A program made the position numbers and the translations under genes. A DNA stretch of 11,997 nt from Nitrospinota bacterium (GTDB taxonomy: Bacteria; UBA8248), in NCBI GenBank assembly GCA_030754595.1, contig JASLZZ010000073.1, positions 1 through 11,997 of the forward strand. The letters run 5' to 3'. This document shows positions 1-11,746 of the stretch, one piece after another; within the stretch, counting starts at the first letter, position 1; the number at the start of each line of letters is the position of its first letter. A model generated the notes under the pieces. That model saw nothing but the letters and a program-made list of their open reading frames with translations, was not told where the DNA came from and ran no database searches.

Positions 1-1
1 G

Positions 2-133
2 ACGATTGCCTGGTTTGGCAACTTCCGCAGGCTGACCGTGCGATGGGACCGACTGATGGAAACCTACGGTGGATTCTTTCATATGGCTTGTGCCCTGATC
101 ACGATGAGAAAACTCATGAGGGTTATGAAATGA
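2..133 (+). CDS. IS5-family DDE transposase, C-terminal fragment (5'-partial)
   Basis: Manual translation from base 2: TIAWFGNFRRLTVRWDRLMETYGGFFHMACALITMRKLMRVMK*, stop TGA at 131-133. It matches the IS5 C-terminal signature (ER)TxAWxxxFRRLxxR(W/Y)(D/E)R...Y.GF.HxAC that follows the catalytic Glu. Not in the supplied ORF track. Confidence 0.88.
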   Translation, partial: TIAWFGNFRRLTVRWDRLMETYGGFFHMACALITMRKLMRVMK

Positions 134-137
134 CTTC
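123..137. repeat. Putative right terminal inverted repeat of the IS5 element
   Basis: TTATGAAATGACTTC (read inward: GAAGTCATTTCATAA) overlaps the transposase stop and abuts TAG. The partner left IR is outside the window, so it cannot be confirmed here. Confidence 0.6.
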
Positions 138-174
138 TAGCGATTCCGCCAGATCGGGCGATTTATTTTCGCTT

Positions 175-4356
<4,182 letters not shown>

Positions 4357-4363
4357 TGCATTT

Positions 4364-4370
4364 CCTCCTT
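4364..4370 (-). promoter_or_regulatory. Shine-Dalgarno site of rpoC
   Basis: AAGGAGG lies 7 nt upstream of the TTG at 4356. Confidence 0.85.
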
Positions 4371-4401
4371 GGTCCCGTGCGGGAATACCCGTGGGCGAAG
4401 G

Positions 4402-7400
4402 TTACCGCGGCGCCTCGCCGCTTTCGATCAGTTCGATGTCGAGCGCGAGGCTCTGCAACTCTTTCATCAAAACGTTGAACGACTCGGGCAGATTCGCCTC
4501 CAGGATGTTGTCTCCCTTGACAATTGACTCGTACATCCGCGTACGGCCGGCCACGTCGTCGCTTTTCACAGTCAGAATTTCCTGCAGGGTTTTCGCGGCC
4601 CCGTAGGCCTCGAGCGCCCAGACTTCCATCTCGCCCAGGCGCTGGCCGCCGAACTGCGCCTTGCCGCCGAGGGGCTGCTGAGTCACAAGCGAGTAAGGAC
4701 CCGTCGACCGCGCGTGGATTTTGTCATCTACCAGATGGTGAAGCTTGAGCATATAAATAATGCCCACCGTGACGGCCTGCTCGAACAAGTCGCCGCTCCG
4801 CCCGTCGAAGAGTTCGGTCTTGCCGTAGGCGGGCAGTTTCGCCTCCTCCATGAGGCGGACGATATCCTCCTCGAGAGCGCCGTCGAATACCGGGGTGGCG
4901 AAATGTCTGCCGAGTCTTTCTCCGGCCCACCCCAGGTTCGTCTCCAATATCTGGCCGACGTTCATGCGCGAGGGCACGCCCAGCGGGTTCAGAATGATGT
5001 CGATGGGAGAGCCGTCCTCGAGATAGGGCATGTCCTCTTCGGGAACGATGGTCGATACAACGCCCTTGTTCCCGTGACGGCCCGCCATCTTGTCGCCCGC
5101 CTGAAGCTTGCGCTTCATGGCGACATAGATTTTGACCATTTTCAGCACACCGGGAGGCAACTCATCGCCCTTTTGAAGCTTGCTGATCTTCTCCTCGAGA
5201 ATACTCTCGAGCAGCCGGATCTGCTCTTCGGTGCGCTGGTGCACCTCGGTCATCTGCCCGGTAACATCCTTGGCGACCGAAACCTTGAGAAGCTGGCCAC
5301 CGGTCAGAGCCAAAACCATCTTGGCAGTGATGGTCGTCCCCCGGCCGCCGAGGGACTCACCCGTTTCGGGGTCCACAAGCTTCCCGGTCAGGGCCTTGCC
5401 CGTCAGCATGGACCGGAGGCGCGTGTCTCCTTCCTCGCGGACGATCCGGACTTCGTCTCCGTAGTCTTTCTCAAGGCGGGCGATTTCCTCCTCCTCGATG
5501 GCGATGGTGCGCGCATCCTTGGGAAGCCCCCGCCGGGAGAAGACGCGCACTTCGACAATCGTCCCCTCGTTGCTCGGCGGCACCCTGAGAGAAGAATCGC
5601 TGACATCCCCGGCCTTCTCGCCGAAGATCGCCCGGAGCAGCTTTTCCTCGGCGCTAAGCTGGGTTTCGCCCTTGGGCGTAATGCGGCCCACGAGGACATC
5701 GCCGGGCAGCACCCTCGCGCCCACGCGGATGATACCGCTCTCATCGAGGTTCCCGAGCGCCTCCTCGCTCTGGTTCGGTATGTCCCGGGTGATCTCCTCG
5801 GGACCCTGCTTGGTGTCGCGCGCCTGAATCTCGAATTCCTCAATGTGGATGGAGGTGTAGATATCTTCTTTGACCACCCGCTCCGAGATGACGATGGCGT
5901 CCTCGAAGTTGAATCCGTTCCAGGGCATGAAGGCAACGAGCAGGTTCCGCCCCAGCGCGATCTCGCCCATATCGGTCGAGAAGCCGTCGGCGATGACCTC
6001 GCCCTTTTTCACCTTCTGTCCCAGAGTCACGATGGGTTTTTGGTTGATGCAGGTGTTCTGGTTCGACCGGCGGTATTTCACCAGGTTGTGGATATAAACA
6101 CCCGGGTCGCGCGGGTCGCGCTTGGCCCCCGTCGCACGGATAACCACCCGCGCGGCGTCCGCGCTGACCACCTCGCCGTCGGCCTGGGACAGGACCACCG
6201 CCCCCGAATCGCGGGCGGCGATCGCCTCCATGCCGGTGCCCACCCGGGGAGCCTCCGTCCTCAAAAGCGGGACGGCCTGACGCTGCATGTTCGAACCCAT
6301 CAGGGCCCGGTTGGCGTCGTCGTTCTCCAGGAAGGGGATGAGCGAGGTGGCGACGCTCACTAGCTGCTTGGGCGAGACGTCCATGAAGTCCACCTGCTCT
6401 CGGGGCACGAGAACAAACTCCCCGCTCGTCCGGGCGGAAACCATATCGTTCACGAGGTTGCCCTTCTCGTCCACCGGGGCGTTCGCCTGGGCGATTTTGT
6501 ATTTGTCCTCGTCGATGGCCGAGAGCCATTCGACCTCCTCGCTGACGCGCCCGCCGATAATTTTTTGGCAAGGCGTCTCGATGAAACCGTACTCGTTCAC
6601 CCGGGCGTAGGTGGAAAGACTTGCGATCAATCCGATGTTCGGCCCCTCCGGGGTTTCAATCGGGCAAATCCGGCCGTAGTGGGTCGGATGAACGTCGCGC
6701 ACCTCGAACCCGGCCCGGTCCCGGGTCAATCCCCCGGGTCCCAGCGCCGACAGGCGACGCTTGTGGGTAATTTCGGAAAGCGGATTCGTCTGGTCCATGA
6801 ACTGGCTGAGCTGGCTGGACCCGAAAAATTCTCTAATCGCCGCCGTGATCATTTTCGAGTTGATCAGGTCGCGGATCGAAAGCGTGTCGAGATCCTGGGT
6901 GCTGAGGCGCTCGCGAATGGCCCTTTCCATCCGGACCAAACCCAGACGGAACTGGCTCTCGAGCAGCTCGCCCACCGAGCGGACCCGGCGATTGCCCAGG
7001 TGGTCGATATCGTCGGTCGCCCCCTGTCCGTGGCGAAGCTCGATGATGTAGCGGACGACGGCGATAACATCGTCCAGGGTGAGCGTTCTCTGGTCGAGCG
7101 GGAGATTGAGCCCCAGTTTCGTGTTGAGCTTGAGTCGACCGATGCGCGAGAGGTCGTACCGCTTGGCGTTGAAGAAGAGGTTTTCAAAAAGGTTCCGCGC
7201 CGTGTCCTTCGTCGGCGGGTCCCCCGGCCGGAGACGCTTGTATATTTCCACCAGCGCATCCTCGGTGGACTCGCACTTGTCCGTCGTCAATGTGTCCCTG
7301 ATGGTCCGGTCAGCGCCGACCCCTGATACATAAAGCAGCGGGATCTTGGCGATATTCTTCTCCCGCAGCGTGACGAGCCCTTCCGCCGTAATTTCCTGGT

Positions 7401-8454
7401 TGGTTTCGAAAAGAACTTCGCCGGTCTCGGGATCGGCGATCGGCTGGGCGATGATTCCACCGACGACCTCCTCGTCCTTGAGGTCGAGCGTTTCGATCCC
7501 GGCGGCCTGAAGTTTGCGGAGCGCCGCCCTCGTGAACTTCCGGCCCGCCTTCAGAATCAGTTCGCCCGTCTTGGGAAGAACGAGGTCCTCGAAGATTCGC
7601 TGGTTCACCATCAACTCGTTGATGGTCTTGTGGAAAACCTTGCGCTTCACGTCGTAGAGGATATCCTCGCTCTGATAAAAAGAATTCAGGATATCGTCCA
7701 TCGAGAGGCCGAAGGCGCGCAGGAGGACCGTGACGGGCAGCTTGCGGCGCCGGTCGATTCGCACATACAAAATGTCCTTGCTGTCGAATTCGAAATCGAG
7801 CCAGCTTCCTCTGGCCGGAATCATCCTCGCCGTGAAAGCCGACACGGAAGAAGTCTTGCTTTTGTCAGAGCTGAAGAAAGCGCCGGGCGAGCGGTGCATC
7901 TGGCTGACAACGACTCGCTCGGTCCCGTTGATGATGAAAGTGCCGTTGTCGGTCATCAGAGGAACTTCGCCGAGGTAAACTTTTTGCTCTTTTACCTCGC
8001 TGACCCGCTTTTCTTTAGACTCCTCGTCCTTCTCGTACAAGGTCAGGCGCAACAACACCCGCAGAGGAGCGACATAGGTCATCCCTCTCTGGCGGCACTC
8101 GTCGGCCTCGTGCTTTTGGCGGCAGAAGACCTCTTTGCCGTTATCGTCGACGACACCCGGCCCCCCGAGGCCCTCGTACTCGACCCCGGCGGCCTCCCAT
8201 ATCCCGATCTCGTAACCGAGATATTCGAGGATGGCGCTTTCGCTCGAATTCGAAATGGGGAATATGCTCCGAAAGACACCCTCCAACCCATCGTCGGGGC
8301 GGCGGTCCTCGGGCTTCACGTCCCAGAGCAGGAAGCGCTCATAGGAAGCGAGCTGAATCTCAATCAAATTTGGAATGTCGATGACCGCAGGAATCTTGGC
8401 GAAACTTTCACGGACGCGGCGGCCGTTACCGTTGCTCTCTGGTTTTGTGTTCAT
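4402..8454 (-). CDS. rpoB: DNA-directed RNA polymerase subunit beta
   Basis: 1350 aa. [15 protein letters not shown], rifampicin cluster [81 protein letters not shown] lies 5 nt before the ATG. Confidence 0.99.
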   Translation of the reverse strand: MNTKPESNGNGRRVRESFAKIPAVIDIPNLIEIQLASYERFLLWDVKPEDRRPDDGLEGVFRSIFPISNSSESAILEYLGYEIGIWEAAGVEYEGLGGPGVVDDNGKEVFCRQKHEADECRQRGMTYVAPLRVLLRLTLYEKDEESKEKRVSEVKEQKVYLGEVPLMTDNGTFIINGTERVVVSQMHRSPGAFFSSDKSKTSSVSAFTARMIPARGSWLDFEFDSKDILYVRIDRRRKLPVTVLLRAFGLSMDDILNSFYQSEDILYDVKRKVFHKTINELMVNQRIFEDLVLPKTGELILKAGRKFTRAALRKLQAAGIETLDLKDEEVVGGIIAQPIADPETGEVLFETNQEITAEGLVTLREKNIAKIPLLYVSGVGADRTIRDTLTTDKCESTEDALVEIYKRLRPGDPPTKDTARNLFENLFFNAKRYDLSRIGRLKLNTKLGLNLPLDQRTLTLDDVIAVVRYIIELRHGQGATDDIDHLGNRRVRSVGELLESQFRLGLVRMERAIRERLSTQDLDTLSIRDLINSKMITAAIREFFGSSQLSQFMDQTNPLSEITHKRRLSALGPGGLTRDRAGFEVRDVHPTHYGRICPIETPEGPNIGLIASLSTYARVNEYGFIETPCQKIIGGRVSEEVEWLSAIDEDKYKIAQANAPVDEKGNLVNDMVSARTSGEFVLVPREQVDFMDVSPKQLVSVATSLIPFLENDDANRALMGSNMQRQAVPLLRTEAPRVGTGMEAIAARDSGAVVLSQADGEVVSADAARVVIRATGAKRDPRDPGVYIHNLVKYRRSNQNTCINQKPIVTLGQKVKKGEVIADGFSTDMGEIALGRNLLVAFMPWNGFNFEDAIVISERVVKEDIYTSIHIEEFEIQARDTKQGPEEITRDIPNQSEEALGNLDESGIIRVGARVLPGDVLVGRITPKGETQLSAEEKLLRAIFGEKAGDVSDSSLRVPPSNEGTIVEVRVFSRRGLPKDARTIAIEEEEIARLEKDYGDEVRIVREEGDTRLRSMLTGKALTGKLVDPETGESLGGRGTTITAKMVLALTGGQLLKVSVAKDVTGQMTEVHQRTEEQIRLLESILEEKISKLQKGDELPPGVLKMVKIYVAMKRKLQAGDKMAGRHGNKGVVSTIVPEEDMPYLEDGSPIDIILNPLGVPSRMNVGQILETNLGWAGERLGRHFATPVFDGALEEDIVRLMEEAKLPAYGKTELFDGRSGDLFEQAVTVGIIYMLKLHHLVDDKIHARSTGPYSLVTQQPLGGKAQFGGQRLGEMEVWALEAYGAAKTLQEILTVKSDDVAGRTRMYESIVKGDNILEANLPESFNVLMKELQSLALDIELIESGEAPR

Positions 8455-8455
8455 C

Positions 8456-8541
8456 GCTTACCTCGAAGGCGGGTTCCTCGAAAGGCCCGGGTCCATCCGA
8501 CTTCCCGGGACGACAGGGACAACCGGCACTACTTGGTAAGC
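8456..8541 (-). promoter_or_regulatory. Structured rplL-rpoB spacer: 7-bp inverted repeat overlapping the rpoB SD
   Basis: mRNA GCTTACC (8541-8535) is perfectly complementary to GGTAAGC (8462-8456), which overlaps SD GAGGT. Internal CCCGGG...CCCGGG and CCT-TTCG-AGG hairpins are also present. The function is inferred. Confidence 0.4.
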
Positions 8542-8542
8542 A

Positions 8543-8923
8543 TCAGGAGATTTCGACCTCCGCTCCAACTTCTTTGAGTTTATCGGCTGCCGCGTCGGCA
8601 TCTTCCTTGGAGACATTCTCGACAACGGCTTTGGGAGCCGTATCGGCCACCTCTTTAGCCTCCTTGAGCCCCAGGCTCGTCAGTTCGCGAATGGCCTTGA
8701 TAACCTTAATTTTTTGCTGTCCTACAACTTTCAGCGTTACGGTAAACTCCGTCTTCTCCTCGGCCTCGGCGGCTTCGCCGCCTGCCGGCATGGCTCCGCC
8801 CATCATCACCGGAGCCGCAGCGGAGACGCCAAACTTCTCCTCCAGCTCTTTGACAAACTCGCTAAGCTCAAGAACCGTCATACTCTCGATAAAGGAGATC
8901 ACATCTTCTTTGGTCGCCACCAT
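8543..8923 (-). CDS. rplL: 50S ribosomal protein L7/L12 (bL12)
   Basis: 126 aa. [53 protein letters not shown]-like AGGAAGG upstream. Confidence 0.99.
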   Translation of the reverse strand: MVATKEDVISFIESMTVLELSEFVKELEEKFGVSAAAPVMMGGAMPAGGEAAEAEEKTEFTVTLKVVGQQKIKVIKAIRELTSLGLKEAKEVADTAPKAVVENVSKEDADAAADKLKEVGAEVEIS

Positions 8924-8980
8924 TAAACCCTTCCTATATTCAACAGGAATTCAGAATGCCCCGAGCGGGGGCCCAAACCC

Positions 8981-9013
8981 AAAAAAAAGCACAGAAAACC
9001 CCTTTTAAGGGGT
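8981..9013 (-). terminator. Terminator-like hairpin between rplJ and rplL (function uncertain)
   Basis: mRNA ACCCCT-TAAA-AGGGGT (9013-8998) followed by TTTCTGTGC and T8. The U-tract directly after the stem is short. Confidence 0.3.
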
Positions 9014-9025
9014 AACCCACCATTA

Positions 9026-9592
9026 TTACCCGTTTTCCTTCTGCTTTGCAATAGCCTGTACGGCATACAGGAGCTTCGCGATAACCGCGTTGAGAACGCG
9101 CGGGAGTGAAGCGACCTGGGCGTCCATCACCCCGGCCAGGTGGCCCAGAAGCACTTCCCGGGGAGGAAGTTCGGCCAGGGCCTTGATCTTCTCCTCGTCG
9201 AGGAAGGTCCCCTCCACCACCCCGCCATTAATCTTCCCGCCACCGGACTCCTTGAGGAAGTCGTTAAGCACCTTGGCTGGCGACGCCGGGTCGCCCTGAG
9301 TGATCGCCACCGAGACCGGGCCATTGAGATGGTCCCGAATCGGCTCGAACGAAGTGCCTTCGACGGCTCGAAGGAGAAGGGTGTTTTTCACGACGGACAG
9401 ATCGACCCCGGCTTCACGGGTTTTCCGTCTGAGATCGGTCATCTGGGAGACGGACAGCCCCCGAAAATCGAACAGAATAGCGGAAGTCGCGTCGGCCATT
9501 TTCTCGCGAATGGCCTCGACCTGCGCTACTTTTAGCTCGTTCGGACCGCGGCCCGCCGCGGCTCTTCCTTTTACGGCCACCTCGGTGGTCAT
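9026..9592 (-). CDS. rplJ: 50S ribosomal protein L10 (uL10)
   Basis: 188 aa. DFRGLSVSQMTDLR, VVKNTLL, LAELPPRE. ATG preceded by AGAGGG overlapping the rplA stop. Confidence 0.98.
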   Translation of the reverse strand: MTTEVAVKGRAAAGRGPNELKVAQVEAIREKMADATSAILFDFRGLSVSQMTDLRRKTREAGVDLSVVKNTLLLRAVEGTSFEPIRDHLNGPVSVAITQGDPASPAKVLNDFLKESGGGKINGGVVEGTFLDEEKIKALAELPPREVLLGHLAGVMDAQVASLPRVLNAVIAKLLYAVQAIAKQKENG

Positions 9593-9605
9593 ATTTTCAA
9601 ACCCT

Positions 9606-10310
9606 CTACTTCAAGGAGGCGATGATGCCCTGGTGATCCACTTTCACGCCGGGGCCCATCGTGTTGGATATCGTCAGACTACGGAAATAAACGCCCTTGC
9701 TGGCCGCGGGCTTCGCCCGATTCAAGGAATCCACCAGGGCCTTGACGTTTTCGGCCAGGGCGACCGCCTCAAAACTGGCCTTTCCGACGGGGGCGTGGAT
9801 GATCCCCGCCTTGTCCACCCGGTATTCGACTTTTCCCGCCTTGATTTCCTTGACCATTCGCTCGACGTCGAACGAGACGGTCCCGGACTTTGGATTGGGC
9901 ATCAAGCCGCGCGGCCCGAGAATTCGCCCAATTTTACCGACCACCCCCATGACATCCGGTGTGGCGACCGCACGATCGAATCCCGTCCAGCCGCCCAGAA
10001 TTTTCTCGGCGAGATCCTCGGCGCCGACGAAATCGGCTCCGGCATCCGCCGCCTCCCGCGCCTTGTCGCCCTTGGCGAATACGGCCACCGTCTGGCTCTT
10101 GCCGATACCGTTGGGCAGGACCACGCTCCCGCGCACCATCTGCTCGGCGTGGCGGGGGTCCACCCCCAGTTTAGCCGCGACCTCGACCGTCTCGTCGAAC
10201 TTGACCTTGGCCCCTTCCTTGAGGAGGGCGAGGGCTTCCTCGAGAGGATAGCTCTTCTCCCGGTCCATCTTCTCCTCGGCGCCCCTGTAGCGCTTGCCAT
10301 GTTTTGCCAT
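9606..10310 (-). CDS. rplA: 50S ribosomal protein L1 (uL1)
   Basis: The true start is the ATG at 10310 (MAKHGKRY..., 234 aa) with SD GGGAG at 10321-10317, not the ORF-track start at 10700. Motifs [40 protein letters not shown]. Confidence 0.98.
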   Translation of the reverse strand: MAKHGKRYRGAEEKMDREKSYPLEEALALLKEGAKVKFDETVEVAAKLGVDPRHAEQMVRGSVVLPNGIGKSQTVAVFAKGDKAREAADAGADFVGAEDLAEKILGGWTGFDRAVATPDVMGVVGKIGRILGPRGLMPNPKSGTVSFDVERMVKEIKAGKVEYRVDKAGIIHAPVGKASFEAVALAENVKALVDSLNRAKPAASKGVYFRSLTISNTMGPGVKVDHQGIIASLK

Positions 10311-10326
10311 ATCGATCTCCCGTTTC

Positions 10327-10377
10327 GTGGTTCCCGCGGCGCCTAACCCGGCCCACCGGGGCCGGAACGCCTCCCAC
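10327..10377 (-). promoter_or_regulatory. Putative L1 autoregulatory mRNA site upstream of rplA
   Basis: mRNA GTGG-GAG-GCG...CGC-CGCGGGAA-CCAC resembles the GUGGGAGG...CCG..(A)ACCAC asymmetric-loop pattern of bacterial L1 operators. It has an apical CCGGCCC/GGGCCGG stem and ends 5 nt before the rplA SD. Confidence 0.7.
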
Positions 10378-10387
10378 AGCGGCTCGT

Positions 10388-10822
10388 TCAGCCTTCTACA
10401 GTAATGCCCATGCTCCGGGCGGTTCCCTCGATAATCCTCATTGCATTTTCGATGTCGCCTGCGTTGAGGTCTTCTTTTTTCGTCTCGGCGATTTCCCTGA
10501 CCTGCTCCCGGGTCACGGAACCGACTTCCTCCCGGCCCGAGGTGCCGCTTCCCTTCGCGAGACCGGCCGCCTGTTTGAGCAAAGAGGCGGCCGGCGGGCT
10601 TTTCATGATGAAGGTAAAGCTTTTGTCCGCGAAGACGGAAAGGACAACGGGAATGATGGTCCCCTCCCGGCCCTGAGTCTGGGCGTTGAACGCCTTGCAA
10701 AATTCCATGATGTTCACGCCCTGCTGGCCCAGCGCGGGGCCGACGGGCGGAGCCGGATTGGCCTGGCCGGCCGGAATCTGGAGCTTGATCGTGGCCTGAA
10801 CTGCTTTTTTTTTCTGCGCCAT
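10388..10822 (-). CDS. rplK: 50S ribosomal protein L11 (uL11)
   Basis: 144 aa. [48 protein letters not shown]. Confidence 0.99.
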   Translation of the reverse strand: MAQKKKAVQATIKLQIPAGQANPAPPVGPALGQQGVNIMEFCKAFNAQTQGREGTIIPVVLSVFADKSFTFIMKSPPAASLLKQAAGLAKGSGTSGREEVGSVTREQVREIAETKKEDLNAGDIENAMRIIEGTARSMGITVEG

Positions 10823-10847
10823 TTCTATCTCGCCTTAACTGAATTGG

Positions 10848-10878
10848 AAAGGCCGCCCACCCGTAGGGGCGCGCAGCC
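10848..10878 (-). terminator. GC-rich hairpin immediately after nusG (weak terminator, pause or processing site)
   Basis: mRNA GGCTGC-G-CGCCC-CTAC-GGGTG-G-GCGGCC followed by only TTT. Confidence 0.35.
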
Positions 10879-10882
10879 GGTA

Positions 10883-11410
10883 TCAGACCTTCTCCACCTG
10901 AAGCATTTCGAGTTCGACCGGGGTGGTCCGCCCGAAAATACTCACCATTACCTTGACCTTGCCCCGATCGGGGTGGACCTCGTCGATCACGCCGGTGAAA
11001 TTCACGAAGGGGCCGTCGACCACCCGAATGTTCTCACCCTTCTCGAACTCGACCTTGTGGGCAGGCTTCTCGGCCTCGCCCTTCATCTGCTTGACGACGT
11101 TCTGGACCTCGGCCTCGCTCAGCGGCGAGGGGGTGGTCCCGCCGAGGAAACCCGTGACCTTCGGGGTGTCCTTGACCAGGTACCAGGACTGCTCGTCGCA
11201 ATCCATTTCGATGAGAATATAGCCGGGGAAAAATTTCCGGTTACTGGTCCGGCGCTTGCCGCCCTTGACCTCGACCACCTGCTCGGTGGGTATGACTATT
11301 TCACCCAGTTGATCCTCGACCCCGGCGGTGCGGAACTGCTCCACGATGTTGAGCCGCACCTTGTTCTCGAAACCCGAGTAGGTGTGAACCACATACCACT
11401 CTTTCGCCAC
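10883..11410 (-). CDS. nusG: Transcription termination/antitermination factor NusG
   Basis: 175 aa, GTG start. [35 protein letters not shown] motif [30 protein letters not shown]. Confidence 0.99.
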   Translation of the reverse strand: MAKEWYVVHTYSGFENKVRLNIVEQFRTAGVEDQLGEIVIPTEQVVEVKGGKRRTSNRKFFPGYILIEMDCDEQSWYLVKDTPKVTGFLGGTTPSPLSEAEVQNVVKQMKGEAEKPAHKVEFEKGENIRVVDGPFVNFTGVIDEVHPDRGKVKVMVSIFGRTTPVELEMLQVEKV

Positions 11411-11424
11411 GTCCGGATCCCCGC

Positions 11425-11640
11425 TCAGTTCACCATACTGAAGAAAAAGTCGATGGCTCGTGTGAGCGCCAAGTCCACCAGCCCCAGATAAAGGGCGATG
11501 ATGAATACGAAAATGAGCGCCACAACCGTCTGGGTGACCGCCTGCTTCCAGGTCGGCCAGGTGACCCGCTTGGCCTCGGTTTGAACGTCCATCAAAAACG
11601 ACCGGGCCTGATTCACCCAGTCCATTACATTAACGGCCAT
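11425..11640 (-). CDS. secE: Preprotein translocase subunit SecE (single TM type); start uncertain (11658/11643/11640/11625)
   Basis: FLMDVQTEAKRVTWPTWKQ motif followed by one hydrophobic helix TVVALIFVFIIALYLGLVD. It sits between tRNA-Trp and nusG, and GGGG lies upstream of the ATG at 11640. Confidence 0.95.
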   Translation of the reverse strand: MAVNVMDWVNQARSFLMDVQTEAKRVTWPTWKQAVTQTVVALIFVFIIALYLGLVDLALTRAIDFFFSMVN

Positions 11641-11746
11641 CATCACCCCAGATTCCATGCCGGCCGCTCAATCGTCCCGCCGGCCTCTTTATTAATAAAA
11701 TACCCTTAATAATATACGTCCGCCCCATACCCCGGCCTTTTTTTCA

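Larger units (their letters stand above)
1..137 (+). mobile_element. Right end of an IS5-family insertion sequence (partial, continues beyond window start)
   Basis: Transposase C-terminus at 2..133 runs into ...TTATGAAATGACTTC, followed by TAG at 138-140 (CTAG at 137-140). A stop codon inside the terminal IR and a TA/TAG/CTAG-type flank are typical of IS5-family elements. The exact end may be off by 1-2 bp. Confidence 0.85.

Noticed and set aside
147..160. rpoC intrinsic terminator
   Set aside because: Only a 4-bp CGCC/GGCG stem with no U-tract on the rpoC strand, too weak to call.
4359..4361. Out-of-frame ATG between the rpoC SD and the TTG start
   Set aside because: It is only 2 nt from AAGGAGG, too close for efficient initiation. 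The TTG has 7-nt spacing and gives the conserved N-terminus.
6640..6830. Possible rifampicin-resistance substitutions in RpoB
   Set aside because: Clusters I and II read as the sensitive consensus ([25 protein letters not shown]).
8540..9060. Lower-GC stretch around rplL as horizontal transfer
   Set aside because: Gene order and protein are canonical. The dip is explained by codon usage of a highly expressed gene and an AT-rich spacer.
10311..10700. 130-aa N-terminal extension of L1 given by the ORF track
   Set aside because: It overlaps rplK in another frame. L1 homology and a good SD point to the ATG at 10310.
9300..11491. Plus-strand ORFs 9300-10346 and 10304-11491
   Set aside because: They are antisense to rplJ, rplA, rplK, nusG and secE, with no independent evidence of coding.
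11659..11746. Integrative element at the tRNA-Trp 3' end
   Set aside because: There is no duplicated tRNA 3' end and no integrase, and secE follows within about 100 bp.
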